Below are positions 27,398 to 36,722 of a DNA stretch of 64,000 bases, piece by piece. The translations under genes were made by a program, and so were the position numbers. How positions within the stretch are numbered: the first letter of the stretch is position 1; each line of letters begins with the position of its first letter. The notes under the pieces were generated by a model. It saw only the letters and a list, made by a program, of their open reading frames with translations, searched no databases and was not told the DNA's origin. The stretch comes from a virus. Where the stretch lies: positions 25,838 through 89,837 of the IMG/VR virus record IMGVR_UViG_3300013099_000002; one strand, 5' to 3'.

Positions 27398-28647
27398 ATT
27401 GTTACTAGATATTGTTTCACCGCTTTATAAACCATACTTGTCAGGTCAGCATGGCTTACGGCAGGATAATAAACTGTTAGCTCTTCATCGGTTTCTGTTT
27501 TCGGGAACTTATCCAACTCAATAATATTCTCCCAAATAACATCAAAAGGTTTTCCTTCAATGCAATCAATTTCATATTCCACATAACCGAAGTTTTCAAG
27601 TATACCTACCATTAACTCATTAGCAGATTCACAGCTTGTTATTCCATTAAAATCAAATATGTCATCAATCCTTCCAGCCCTGTACAGCTCTTTAGGGAGT
27701 ATTTCGGCATCATTGGTGGTCATTATGGTAAGAACTCTTGAATCACGTTCCTGAAGCCACCACAGGACTGCAGATAGCATTCGTGAACTAACCCCCGAAT
27801 CATCCCCAGCTTTAATTGATTTTTCAATCTCATCAAACAACAATACGCATGGCTGGCAGTTATCGACAATAGCTAATGCATTGGCAAGGTTTTCTTCTGA
27901 TTCACCTACATATTTTCCCATCAATGCCCCAAGGTCAATTCTGTAAAGTGGAACACCTAATTGATTAGCCAAATATTTAGCTCCCAAAGTTTTACCAGCT
28001 CCAGGAATACCATCAAATAATAAGCCTTTTGGAACCAGTACCGGCTCAACACCATAATCAACAAATATTTTTCCTTCAATTGCCAACCATTTCTTTAAAA
28101 ATGAAGGTGGTTTGTAATAATCGTACTTAGTTGAAACTTGTTGTATACCTTGCAATCGCCCAACGTAAATTCTACGGGTTTCCATTATCGCCCGTGGAGT
28201 CAATTCCTTAAATTTAGTTTGGGCTAACCGGCATATTTCCCCAACATCTTTTAAACACAATCCGCTTAGTGTTGCCGCCAAGGGTTGTACAGTTTCCTCA
28301 TCAGTTAAATTAGATAAAAAATCAAGTAACATACCTTGAGGTAGTTGCACCACACCGGCATCAAACATTAAGGGGCTAGAATCGCTTGGATTGATTACTA
28401 TGAGGGTTTTTTCTGAGTCAACCATACATTCATAAGCCATATAGTAATTTACGTTCTCAGGATGCAATAAATAGAAATACTGGGTTTCGGGTTCAAAGTC
28501 CTCTTGTTTGATTTTTTTAATATGGTTTTCGTCAATAAGCATAACCGATTCATCTACAATGTAAGATAAAACATCCCCTACATTTACAGTGTCATCGGTT
28601 GTTACCTTGATAAGTGGAAGTCCTGATTTTAATGATAGTTCAAGCAT
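27394..28647 (-). CDS. AAA+ ATPase (Ycf46-like)
   Basis: GLLFDGIPGAGKT, L.RIDLG.L.GKYVGESE, LLFDEIEK, TTN....LP.EL.RAGR.D. Confidence 0.88.
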   Translation of the reverse strand: MLELSLKSGLPLIKVTTDDTVNVGDVLSYIVDESVMLIDENHIKKIKQEDFEPETQYFYLLHPENVNYYMAYECMVDSEKTLIVINPSDSSPLMFDAGVVQLPQGMLLDFLSNLTDEETVQPLAATLSGLCLKDVGEICRLAQTKFKELTPRAIMETRRIYVGRLQGIQQVSTKYDYYKPPSFLKKWLAIEGKIFVDYGVEPVLVPKGLLFDGIPGAGKTLGAKYLANQLGVPLYRIDLGALMGKYVGESEENLANALAIVDNCQPCVLLFDEIEKSIKAGDDSGVSSRMLSAVLWWLQERDSRVLTIMTTNDAEILPKELYRAGRIDDIFDFNGITSCESANELMVGILENFGYVEYEIDCIEGKPFDVIWENIIELDKFPKTETDEELTVYYPAVSHADLTSMVYKAVKQYLVTI

Positions 28648-28662
28648 AAATTATCCAGTTGT

Positions 28663-28914
28663 TTATATTCTTTCAGTTATAGGCAATAAAGCATAATGAG
28701 TAACCCTATGCTTATTTAGTATTGGAAATTTCCAGAAAATTCTCCAGTCATAAGAAACCAATAATTCATTTGCACCAACATACTTATCAGTATATTTAGT
28801 TATAAGTTGGTATTTAGTTTCATCGAATACAGGCTGGGTTCCTTTATTCATTACCCACACAGGGTTGTATTTTTTATTTATTTCAGATAGCAGTCGTATA
28901 CTCATTATTATCAC
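28663..28914 (-). CDS. hypothetical protein
   Basis: 83-aa ORF. Confidence 0.55.
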   Translation of the reverse strand: MIIMSIRLLSEINKKYNPVWVMNKGTQPVFDETKYQLITKYTDKYVGANELLVSYDWRIFWKFPILNKHRVTHYALLPITERI

Positions 28915-29210
28915 TCCTTTAGTTTGTGGTGGTTTATACAGTCGGTTTGATTATCGAACACTAATTCCCGACCAGATAAATTAAGTGGTATCCCCATTCG
29001 ATTAGCTAAATTAACGAAATCATTTTGATGCCCCATTAAAAGCATGTGACCGGCACATTGAAGCGTGGTTTCTTTGTGGCATACAAAACTACCAGCCATT
29101 AAAATTTCAATCATACGTTCTTTACCAAGCCACCCAAGTAAACTGTCTTTACGAAAAGGACAAGCACCACAAGGTTTCTTTACGTTAGGTAATTTCATTG
29201 GTTTTTGCAA
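28911..29210 (-). CDS. Cys-rich conserved phage protein
   Basis: KPC..CPFRKD...GWLG, F.CH, QCAG; true start may be ATG at 29198. Confidence 0.7.
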   Translation of the reverse strand: MQKPMKLPNVKKPCGACPFRKDSLLGWLGKERMIEILMAGSFVCHKETTLQCAGHMLLMGHQNDFVNLANRMGIPLNLSGRELVFDNQTDCINHHKLKE

Positions 29211-29219
29211 TTGATTGCA
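29206..29219. repeat. 14-bp near-palindrome (copy 7)
   Basis: TGCAATTGATTGCA exact, downstream of a promoter at the translation start region. Confidence 0.95.
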
Positions 29220-29249
29220 CCGCTATTTAATCCGTTTATTTGAGTCCTA

Positions 29250-29277
29250 ATTATACATAATAATTTAGAATTGTCAA
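29250..29277 (-). promoter_or_regulatory. sigma70-type promoter
   Basis: TTGACA-16nt-TATAAT followed by AACGGATT leader. Confidence 0.85.
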
Positions 29278-29296
29278 ATTTATTTCCACTAGGCAT

Positions 29297-29344
29297 AAAA
29301 AAACCCCCAACTTACGATAATACCTGAGCGGTAAGTTAAGGGTT
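29297..29344 (-). terminator. intrinsic terminator closing the late/lysis operon
   Basis: 14-bp stem AACCCTTAACTTAC/GTAAGTTGGGGGTT followed by T tract. Confidence 0.8.
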
Positions 29345-29443
29345 CTCTAATTTTCGTACCAAACCAATGGAGTAACTTAGCAAAGCAACCAAGTTGAACT
29401 AAAGTTTACATTACCCCATCGGCTATGTAAAGCACTATTTCTA

Positions 29444-29818
29444 TCACTTAGTAAGAATATTGAACATCTGTCCAGCTTTGGAAGGTAGATTGTTTGCTTT
29501 CAAATCTTCTAAAGTTGCGTGGTCTTGCATATTCTGTAAATGTATACTTCGGGTTTTCAATACTCTATTAGATTCTTTCAAATCATTAATAGTTACTGAA
29601 TCCCTCTTAGTCACAGGTACCCTTAATTCTCTCCGTAAATCATTACGAATCTGAATTTGTTGCATGTAATTAAGACTTTGCTCAATAGACCAGTTTTGTA
29701 TTTGCGATTTAGTTTTAACCCGTTGTAAATCTTGAGCATGAGCGAAGTACGAATCCATAAAAAACCAAGATGAGAATAATAGTGAAACAACGGTTAAAGT
29801 AGTTTTACTTATATTCAT
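29444..29818 (-). CDS. membrane-anchored coiled-coil protein (lysis cassette; possible i-spanin)
   Basis: N-terminal TM then helical region; start reassigned to MNISK. Confidence 0.55.
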   Translation of the reverse strand: MNISKTTLTVVSLLFSSWFFMDSYFAHAQDLQRVKTKSQIQNWSIEQSLNYMQQIQIRNDLRRELRVPVTKRDSVTINDLKESNRVLKTRSIHLQNMQDHATLEDLKANNLPSKAGQMFNILTK

Positions 29819-30393
29819 GTAGCCTCCAAGTATTGTTTTACTCCTTCGGCAATGGCAACACAAGCACTATCTTCATATTTCCAGATATTATTTAATTGAG
29901 AAATAAATTCCGGTTCCAGTATCAATGCAGGGCAAGCTGTTTTCCGAAGAAAATAATCAGCTATTTCATCCCCCTCTTTGTCTCCAGGGTAATCTTCAAA
30001 GTCAGGTCTATCCATTTTATACCAACCTTCCTTGATACCACGGTCTTTACAATGCATTTCTGGGGCATATAAAGCGTGTACAGTGGTCGCAAAAGCTTTA
30101 CCCTTTACCGAATTGGGACAATAAAGCGTTTCCACTCCTGATACGTTTCTTGAGGCCGCACCATTAAAATGAATTTCTATAGCAACATCAGAATCATGCT
30201 CATTAACGTAGTTCACTTTATTGCGTAAACCCCCGATAGGTGCAATTGCTACACTGATTCCCAATAACTCCAATTGATTACGAAGATTCTTAGTCCAAAC
30301 TTCTGAAACTTCATGCTCATGTATGCCATTAAAGCCAGCACCTGATTTTGCAGGAAAATGTGCAATACTTAATGTAACTATTTTTCTATTCAT
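29815..30393 (-). CDS. endolysin, N-acetylmuramoyl-L-alanine amidase (Amidase_3)
   Basis: AH.....GA......E, IEIHFN, SGVETLY, FLR.T..PALILE..FIS; start reassigned to MNRKIV (GGAG RBS). Confidence 0.85.
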   Translation of the reverse strand: MNRKIVTLSIAHFPAKSGAGFNGIHEHEVSEVWTKNLRNQLELLGISVAIAPIGGLRNKVNYVNEHDSDVAIEIHFNGAASRNVSGVETLYCPNSVKGKAFATTVHALYAPEMHCKDRGIKEGWYKMDRPDFEDYPGDKEGDEIADYFLRKTACPALILEPEFISQLNNIWKYEDSACVAIAEGVKQYLEAT

Positions 30394-30703
30394 TTTGTTG
30401 GACTCCTTCAGTATCTCCTCCATCACTATTGGGTTCTGCGGCTGCGACTGCTGCGGCTCCAAGTTCGGTACAGATTCCTTCGGCTGGGTAGTAAGGGAGG
30501 TCTTTTCTAATGGCTGCGATTGCCAAGTCTTTAGCCAAGCTATCAGTTGTTTTATCACAATACGTCCTCCGGTGTTCAGCCAAGGTGGTGATAGTTTCGC
30601 ACCCTGTAATAAATGTAATCAGTGCTAAAAACAATACCAGAATTAGTGCTGGTACCGCATGGATTAAACCAGTAATAGGTTTCTTGTATGTTGTTGCCAC
30701 CAT
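30386..30703 (-). CDS. lipoprotein (possible o-spanin)
   Basis: Hydrophobic signal ending in lipobox ITG-C. Confidence 0.6.
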   Translation of the reverse strand: MVATTYKKPITGLIHAVPALILVLFLALITFITGCETITTLAEHRRTYCDKTTDSLAKDLAIAAIRKDLPYYPAEGICTELGAAAVAAAEPNSDGGDTEGVQQNE

Positions 30704-30733
30704 AGTTTACTCCTAAGTCATTCCTAATAGTAG

Positions 30734-30747
30734 TGCAATCAATTGCA
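30734..30747. repeat. 14-bp near-palindrome (copy 8)
   Basis: TGCAATCAATTGCA exact, intergenic. Confidence 0.95.
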
Positions 30748-30748
30748 A

Positions 30749-31171
30749 TTATTTTAATTTTACTGCAGTTGAACCGTGAATAATGAATTCATCTTTTGGC
30801 AATAGTTCCATATTACCTTTCTCAATAGAAAAGAATGCATCGTCACCTAATTCATGTACAGCATCATAATAAGTTACAGCTCTATATCTTCGTGGTACCG
30901 CCAACCAACCACCATTAAAGTTAATAAATCTAATAAGGTTAATAAGCATTGAAATATCAGCCCTACATTTATCTTCATAGGTTCTACCTACATGATAAGC
31001 ATAATCGTGTAAATCAAATACTTGAGTACAATCCAACCCCCATAAAGTATTAGGAATTAAAGCACTTCTCCAATCACTAGATGCACCAGCACCGTTACAA
31101 ATTTTAGCTTTCTCTTCAGGCGTTAATTCATTAAATCCTGCTTCTGCTATCAGTTCGTGGTTATGCTTCAT
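30749..31171 (-). CDS. phospholipase A2-like / DUF1353-like protein
   Basis: CNG.G...IP....G......LHD..Y..G....K..AD. Confidence 0.5.
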   Translation of the reverse strand: MKHNHELIAEAGFNELTPEEKAKICNGAGASSDWRSALIPNTLWGLDCTQVFDLHDYAYHVGRTYEDKCRADISMLINLIRFINFNGGWLAVPRRYRAVTYYDAVHELGDDAFFSIEKGNMELLPKDEFIIHGSTAVKLK

Positions 31172-31652
31172 CGGTATCCTCCACTTTTGGTTTTATTGTA
31201 TAGGCAGGACAGGACTGACCATCTATTCTTTCCAGACAATCCCGTACTCGTCTTGAATCTTCCGTGTTTTGTGTTACAACTACTACCAGCTGTTCGATAG
31301 ACTTCTGCAAAGAAATCATATTTTTACTAACAAAACTTTTAAACTCTACCCCTTCCGAAATAGAACTCTGTAATGTTATTTGCTGGTTTAAAAGTACAGA
31401 CTTATGTTCTTGTAGTGTAACTTGTACGTGTGCTTCAATCATAGGTTCTAACTCCAAAAATATCCTCTTACTTCGTTCATTTTCCCTACTCTTAAAAAAA
31501 GCATCAATATTATCAACCATGGGTTTTATACAAGTTCGGTAAATAATATTTTTAGCCTTTATAAAGGCAAACCACAATGAAACTATTGCGGCTAGTATCC
31601 CGAAGATTGCATTCCATATTGGTAAGTCAGATGCTATTAGTTCGTCTATCAT
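31161..31652 (-). CDS. single-TM protein (possible holin/antiholin)
   Basis: N-terminal TM IWNAIFGILAAIVSLWFAFI; located in lysis cassette. Confidence 0.5.
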   Translation of the reverse strand: MIDELIASDLPIWNAIFGILAAIVSLWFAFIKAKNIIYRTCIKPMVDNIDAFFKSRENERSKRIFLELEPMIEAHVQVTLQEHKSVLLNQQITLQSSISEGVEFKSFVSKNMISLQKSIEQLVVVVTQNTEDSRRVRDCLERIDGQSCPAYTIKPKVEDTDEA

Positions 31653-32133
31653 GGTGCCTCCGTTCACTTGCTTGCCTGCCCTCAGACTTATCTCTAAATC
31701 TCCAAACAGGTTGTGGTTGATGAAGCCAGATATTAACCACCTGATTCATCATAATGTCGTACTCCTTTGCAGTTCTAGGTTTCACTAGATAAGCATTAAC
31801 TCCAAGCCTATACAGCTTCGTAATAAGCCCCCCACTCCCTAAACACGCGCCTAAAACTACCACCGGTACAGGTGGGTAATTTTTGTACAATTCCTCAGCA
31901 ACCGTAAGTCCATTTACCGCACCTAAAAGAAAGTCCAAAATGATAACCGAAGGTACCGTTTTGGTTTCTAATAGCCTATCAAAAGTATTATATAATTCAT
32001 CTGGTGTTTCGGATTCATAAATAGCTATATTAGCATTAGAATTAGACACTAAAGATTTAGTAATAAACTTGCGCTCAAATCTACTATCATCAGTAACCAA
32101 TACAATGTGCTTTTGTTCTAATTCTGGAATCAT
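31627..32133 (-). CDS. CheY-like response regulator receiver with Arg-rich tail
   Basis: VLVTDD, IILD (phosphoacceptor), NG, PVVVL, G.NAYLVKP. Confidence 0.8.
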   Translation of the reverse strand: MIPELEQKHIVLVTDDSRFERKFITKSLVSNSNANIAIYESETPDELYNTFDRLLETKTVPSVIILDFLLGAVNGLTVAEELYKNYPPVPVVVLGACLGSGGLITKLYRLGVNAYLVKPRTAKEYDIMMNQVVNIWLHQPQPVWRFRDKSEGRQASERRHHDRRTNSI

Positions 32134-32732
32134 ATCGCCTCCAACAGCGTTACAGACACGAAACGAAATTTGCTTGACGTTGAACCGTTCTTATCGGCTT
32201 CAAGGCGTATAGTGGATTCTCCGACTCTTGGAAGGGCTGAATTATACAAAGTAAACTTCTCCCAAGCACCCTCGGTATCATCACATATAAAAGGGGCTGG
32301 TGTAAGCATGGAAGCAACACCATCTTGCTCTTCCATAACCTTTAGTTTTGCACCACCACCTGTACAATAATATTCGCCAACAACTTTAGCAACAATCCTT
32401 GTTAAATCTTCTACAAAAAAACTCATATTGGTTATCACGCCCCCAATAAGCTCCCATTCCCCACCGGCAAGCGTTATTTCAACTTCACCCTCAATCATTT
32501 TTGATGAAGCATGATACTTATACTCTTGAATAACATCACCACTATGAGCATTAATAACATTAGCTAAATCAATATCATCAGGCTCCGAAGAAAAATCAAT
32601 AGATAAATTACCTTTATTTTCCATACTACCTGTAACCGGTATTGATTGCGCCTCAAGCTCCAACCATAAAGTATCCAAATTAACTTTACCTGAAGGAATA
32701 TCAGTGGAGACTGTATACGTTTTTGTTACCAT
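32130..32732 (-). CDS. putative virion structural protein
   Basis: 200-aa ORF in coupled late block. Confidence 0.6.
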   Translation of the reverse strand: MVTKTYTVSTDIPSGKVNLDTLWLELEAQSIPVTGSMENKGNLSIDFSSEPDDIDLANVINAHSGDVIQEYKYHASSKMIEGEVEITLAGGEWELIGGVITNMSFFVEDLTRIVAKVVGEYYCTGGGAKLKVMEEQDGVASMLTPAPFICDDTEGAWEKFTLYNSALPRVGESTIRLEADKNGSTSSKFRFVSVTLLEAI

Positions 32733-33322
32733 TACTGAATCCTTCTTAAATCAATTAAAGCTGAAAACATACTTGCCGTTTTACCAGCTTTCGTTGACCT
32801 AAAATTCAAATCAATCGTCAATACCCCAGAATGATTTTCCAACAAAAAAGCTCTTGATAGAAAATGAGTATCTGTAGAATCAGTTGGTTTTTGGCTATGT
32901 ACTTCTTGGCTAACACCATCCAACACTACTTCACTTTCAAAAGAAAACGAAGTGTTAGAAAATTGCCAACCATACTGAATTTGAATCCGATAATTAGCCG
33001 CTGTTAAATCAGATGAAACTAATTGCAACTTCGATATAAAGGTACTACTGTTTGTTGAAGTTACAGTTTGGTCTTGTATAAATTCATAAAGTGGGTTAAA
33101 TGTTGCGCCTTGTTCCCAATCTCCAGCCAATGAACCATTACCGCCACCAGCATTAGTTAATCTGTAGACCTCTCCAGTACTCCGATAATACATGGAATAC
33201 ATAGGGGCATCAGGCACCGCTATATGAGGCAAAACCCCACCGGAAAAAATCCCGATAAGGTTAGGCTCAGAGCCTACGATAAGTGATTCCACTTCGTAGG
33301 CGTTTTCCACATCAGTAGACAT
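32732..33322 (-). CDS. putative virion structural protein
   Basis: P.....AP..S.Y.R..G..Y pattern shared with N-terminus of 33322..34755. Confidence 0.6.
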   Translation of the reverse strand: MSTDVENAYEVESLIVGSEPNLIGIFSGGVLPHIAVPDAPMYSMYYRSTGEVYRLTNAGGGNGSLAGDWEQGATFNPLYEFIQDQTVTSTNSSTFISKLQLVSSDLTAANYRIQIQYGWQFSNTSFSFESEVVLDGVSQEVHSQKPTDSTDTHFLSRAFLLENHSGVLTIDLNFRSTKAGKTASMFSALIDLRRIQ

Positions 33323-34755
33323 TAGACTATTGATAACCTTGAGCTAGAAGATACAACCGCACTTGTGGCCTCAACAGTAAGTTCCATTGTTTGCGCTCCG
33401 GCAGAACCTTGGATTCTTACATTGATAACAATGCCAACAATATTGCCGTTCATTTTCAAACGAGCATACTTAGTGAAATCAGTTGCAGTTGCATCACTTG
33501 ATGGAGTGCCATCATGCGTTGCATCAATCTCATAAGTAATTACTTTCGTACCTTGTTGAGCATGTACTAACCAACGAACAGCCTTCACATCATCAACTAA
33601 TACTGAATCAACAACCTGTAAAGTCGTAATACCAGAAATAGCTACAGGGTGGTTAGTTTGGTCTGCAAAAGCATCCAATTTACCAATCGCAACTTCAAGA
33701 TTATCATTATCTGCAACTACATTGTTTGTAGTGTAATCCGGTAATTCAGCACCGGTTGCAGATTTACCCATGAACAGATTTTGGTCTGTATCATCGTTAG
33801 ATATTAAACCAATAGCATCGGCATTGGCTTTAATCTGAGTATCTAAATCAGTTAAATCTTCTGATACTGAACCATTACTATCAATGTAGTTTGTGGTACT
33901 GAAAGCAACATAATCACCATTACCATCAATAACCGCACCCATGGCAGTTTCAATCGCATCAACTTCAGTTTGAACATTGCCAATTGAAGTAGCATTGGTA
34001 CCAATATCAGTATCATTGCTACCAACAGCCGCATCCAATTTACCTAAAGCAACTTCCAAAGTATCGTTATTAGCGATATGGTTTGTTGAAGTGTATCCTG
34101 GGAGTTCAGAACCAGCCGCATCTTTTCCAATAAAGGCGCGTAAAAATCCAAGCTCATCTAGGCTTGTTTGATTAGAACGCACCCATGAATCTGAAGTAGC
34201 ATTATAATTAAATTGATTACCGGCAAAAGAACCATCATCAATAATTATTGCATCATTATTAGTTTCAGCATTAACATCTTCAACTAAGGTTGCACCGGCT
34301 CCAGGGGTTCCAGTAACTATAAATACGTTTTTAGCTTCACCAGTGATTGCCGTAAGTAAAATACGGTCATTTTCTGATAGTGCAACACCGTCAATGGTAC
34401 CTGTATTAACAGCAACTTCAGCCGCAGCCAAGTTTGCATAAACCGTGTCATCTTTTACAAGTGCAGGTTCTCTCCAAGACTCAGTTCCACTTGATGCAGT
34501 AATATCATCAGCATCAGCTAAACGTACCCACTTATCCGTACCTGAACCAGCAGTCTTTTTGCGGTACTCAAAACCACTTGTTGAATCCAATGCTTTAGAG
34601 CCAACAGGTGCATTATTGGATAATGTTTGTTCTGCGGCTGGTAAGCCCCCGTCTCCAGGTAATCCTGTGGTTACAAATTGCTCATATACTGGAGAACCAG
34701 TTGTTTCGTTTTCGATTGCAAAGCCTAAACTCGCACCGAATAATTGTTCTGACAT
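33322..34755 (-). CDS. fibre/whisker-like structural protein with internal repeats
   Basis: Two copies of F.GK.A.G.ELP.YT..N..A.ND.LEVA.GKLDA plus coiled-coil segments. Confidence 0.65.
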   Translation of the reverse strand: MSEQLFGASLGFAIENETTGSPVYEQFVTTGLPGDGGLPAAEQTLSNNAPVGSKALDSTSGFEYRKKTAGSGTDKWVRLADADDITASSGTESWREPALVKDDTVYANLAAAEVAVNTGTIDGVALSENDRILLTAITGEAKNVFIVTGTPGAGATLVEDVNAETNNDAIIIDDGSFAGNQFNYNATSDSWVRSNQTSLDELGFLRAFIGKDAAGSELPGYTSTNHIANNDTLEVALGKLDAAVGSNDTDIGTNATSIGNVQTEVDAIETAMGAVIDGNGDYVAFSTTNYIDSNGSVSEDLTDLDTQIKANADAIGLISNDDTDQNLFMGKSATGAELPDYTTNNVVADNDNLEVAIGKLDAFADQTNHPVAISGITTLQVVDSVLVDDVKAVRWLVHAQQGTKVITYEIDATHDGTPSSDATATDFTKYARLKMNGNIVGIVINVRIQGSAGAQTMELTVEATSAVVSSSSRLSIV

Positions 34756-34764
34756 ATCAGACTC

Positions 34765-34959
34765 CTATCTAATTAGTTTTCGTAAATTAATTAATTCCGT
34801 GTCGTGTCTATGACAGCACGAATTCAAATATTCAACTTCCCATTCTGATTCTGTTTTTTCAGAGTCAAATGCGAACTTCCCAGAAGCCACTTCAATTAAC
34901 TTGCCATTGTTCATTTTAATAAAAGCCGCTAACCCTAATTTTCTTGTTTCAATTCTCAT
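34765..34959 (-). CDS. small hypothetical protein
   Basis: 64 aa, LGLAAFI motif. Confidence 0.65.
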   Translation of the reverse strand: MRIETRKLGLAAFIKMNNGKLIEVASGKFAFDSEKTESEWEVEYLNSCCHRHDTELINLRKLIR

Positions 34960-35417
34960 ATCACTCTACTCTCTATTTTGTGGTACTTAACTTTGCCTGC
35001 CAAGTAAGCACTTGAGGCTAATTTTTCTGAATTATAACAACCCAAACTAATACGTTTACCATGCAACACAATTCTAGCTTCAAAGGAACCATTATTAACC
35101 ATAGAATAACCTTTTACATTACTACGGTTAAATTGTTGCTCACTATGAGTAAGTAAACGTAAATTAGAAATATCATTACTATTTCTAATTCTATTAAAAT
35201 GGTCTACTTCAAACCCTTCCGGTATAGCACCATAATGATATACCCAAATAAGATTATGCGCCTTGTGCTGGATACCATCAACCCGTACACAAACATAGCC
35301 ATAAGAATTAACACCAGTTACGGCATCGCCTAATCTAGCTCTACCTTTATCAACTAGCCAGAATAAAGTACCATCTTTGTATGTAAATAAAGATTTTATT
35401 TCCTCAACAGTAATCAT
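34956..35417 (-). CDS. HNH-AP2 homing endonuclease
   Basis: Y..G.L.W, GY, AH.LIW...YG.IP....VDH.N..R..N.I.NLR, AP2-like tail. Confidence 0.88.
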   Translation of the reverse strand: MITVEEIKSLFTYKDGTLFWLVDKGRARLGDAVTGVNSYGYVCVRVDGIQHKAHNLIWVYHYGAIPEGFEVDHFNRIRNSNDISNLRLLTHSEQQFNRSNVKGYSMVNNGSFEARIVLHGKRISLGCYNSEKLASSAYLAGKVKYHKIESRVI

Positions 35418-35959
35418 ATTACTGTACTCAATCTCAACACTTTGAGGTCTAAAACCTCAGAGTGATTATTAGTTAATTCCAATTGGAAAAAAAGCCCACC
35501 CGAAATAAATACATCTATTGAGTATGGAACTAAATCACCAGTTATTCCGTAATGAGTATGTTTTGCTACAGTACCATTATGGATTGCTACAACTTCACTA
35601 ATTCTTCGTTTATTGCCCACTGCATCAAGAGCCGTAATTATCCACTTTGAAGATGGATTTAAGGCCACTGACAGACTATCAACAATAACACTTGCACCAA
35701 CACCAACAGAAGCATTTATTTGCTGTGCCGCTGTCCCATCGTTACCTTTAGGCCCTATTGCACCTTGAGTACAGGATTCTAAAATTTCAGTAACATTGGC
35801 TACAGATAATATTTCAGTCTCTTCCACCGATTCAATAATTTCAGTAACATCTGCCACATCATCAATGTAGGTAATGTTATCAACAGATAATAATTCTGTA
35901 ACTTGGTCTTGTGTAACCAACTCACAAACTGTTTCTGTTTCTGTAATTATAGAAGTCAT
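35414..35959 (-). CDS. putative virion structural protein
   Basis: Short Gly-X-Y stretch; C-terminal domain resembles that of 33322..34755. Confidence 0.6.
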   Translation of the reverse strand: MTSIITETETVCELVTQDQVTELLSVDNITYIDDVADVTEIIESVEETEILSVANVTEILESCTQGAIGPKGNDGTAAQQINASVGVGASVIVDSLSVALNPSSKWIITALDAVGNKRRISEVVAIHNGTVAKHTHYGITGDLVPYSIDVFISGGLFFQLELTNNHSEVLDLKVLRLSTVI

Positions 35960-36321
35960 GGTCTTGTTACTTCAGGGTCAACAGTGAAACCACCCTTAAC
36001 AATACGAATAACATTTTCTGGGTCTGCGGTTTCTACAAGTTCTAAATCGTAAACACCCGATACCCAAACCATTGCTTCAGTATCCGTTGCCCCAACATAT
36101 AAATCTATACGTCCAGTTTCCGAACCAGCTTCAATAGTTATTCTACCGTTAGCAGTTGTGAATTCCTCCAATACTGTATCAGAATCAATAGATTCACGAA
36201 TCTGCATTCTAGCTTCATAACCGGCTAAAGAAATCGCCACCTTATCAGCGTCACGCCTAAAAAACGTGTGCCTAAACGTAGCCCCTTGTTCTATCAATAA
36301 GTCTTTTTCGACTGCCGCCAT
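35956..36321 (-). CDS. fibre-attachment beta-sandwich protein (LtfC/BppU-like)
   Basis: IEQGATF, L.GY.ARMQIR, GVYDLEL, G...V.PEVT. Confidence 0.65.
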   Translation of the reverse strand: MAAVEKDLLIEQGATFRHTFFRRDADKVAISLAGYEARMQIRESIDSDTVLEEFTTANGRITIEAGSETGRIDLYVGATDTEAMVWVSGVYDLELVETADPENVIRIVKGGFTVDPEVTRP

Positions 36322-36338
36322 AATTCACCTCCACTCGT

Positions 36339-36352
36339 TGCAATCAATTGCA
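36339..36352. repeat. 14-bp near-palindrome (copy 9)
   Basis: TGCAATCAATTGCA exact, intergenic. Confidence 0.95.
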
Positions 36353-36356
36353 AAAA

Positions 36357-36674
36357 TTAAGTTTGAGCAAATGCTTTAATATCTTGGGCACCAGTTCGGA
36401 CTAACTTAACGAAATTCCAACGTGGGTCAAATACATGAAACTGGTCAGGGTTTGTTGCCCCATCAAGATTCACAATTTCCTGAAAAGTTGAAGTTGGGTC
36501 AACTGCTACTTGAATTGAGATAGTGGTTCCAGCCGCCATGTTTTCAACCGTAATAATCCTTGGTACTCTGGATATTTTTGATTCATTGGCATTGGCACCT
36601 TGAATTGAGTTAGCTGGGTCGTAAATTAAACTAACTGGGAAGTGCGGTGCAACCGCTACTGTTATGTTTGGCAT
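36357..36674 (-). CDS. hypothetical structural protein
   Basis: 105-aa ORF, GAGG RBS. Confidence 0.65.
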   Translation of the reverse strand: MPNITVAVAPHFPVSLIYDPANSIQGANANESKISRVPRIITVENMAAGTTISIQVAVDPTSTFQEIVNLDGATNPDQFHVFDPRWNFVKLVRTGAQDIKAFAQT

Positions 36675-36722
36675 CGTTCGTAGCCTCTTAATTTATTTAA
36701 TATAAAAATCATACAACCTCTA

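Noticed and set aside
29815-30558. Long N-terminal extension on the amidase overlapping the lipoprotein gene
   Set aside because: A better start with a GGAG RBS exists at 30393; the extension is probably an ORF-calling artefact. The same reasoning was applied to 1579, 11435, 14096, 21399, 23092 and 56885
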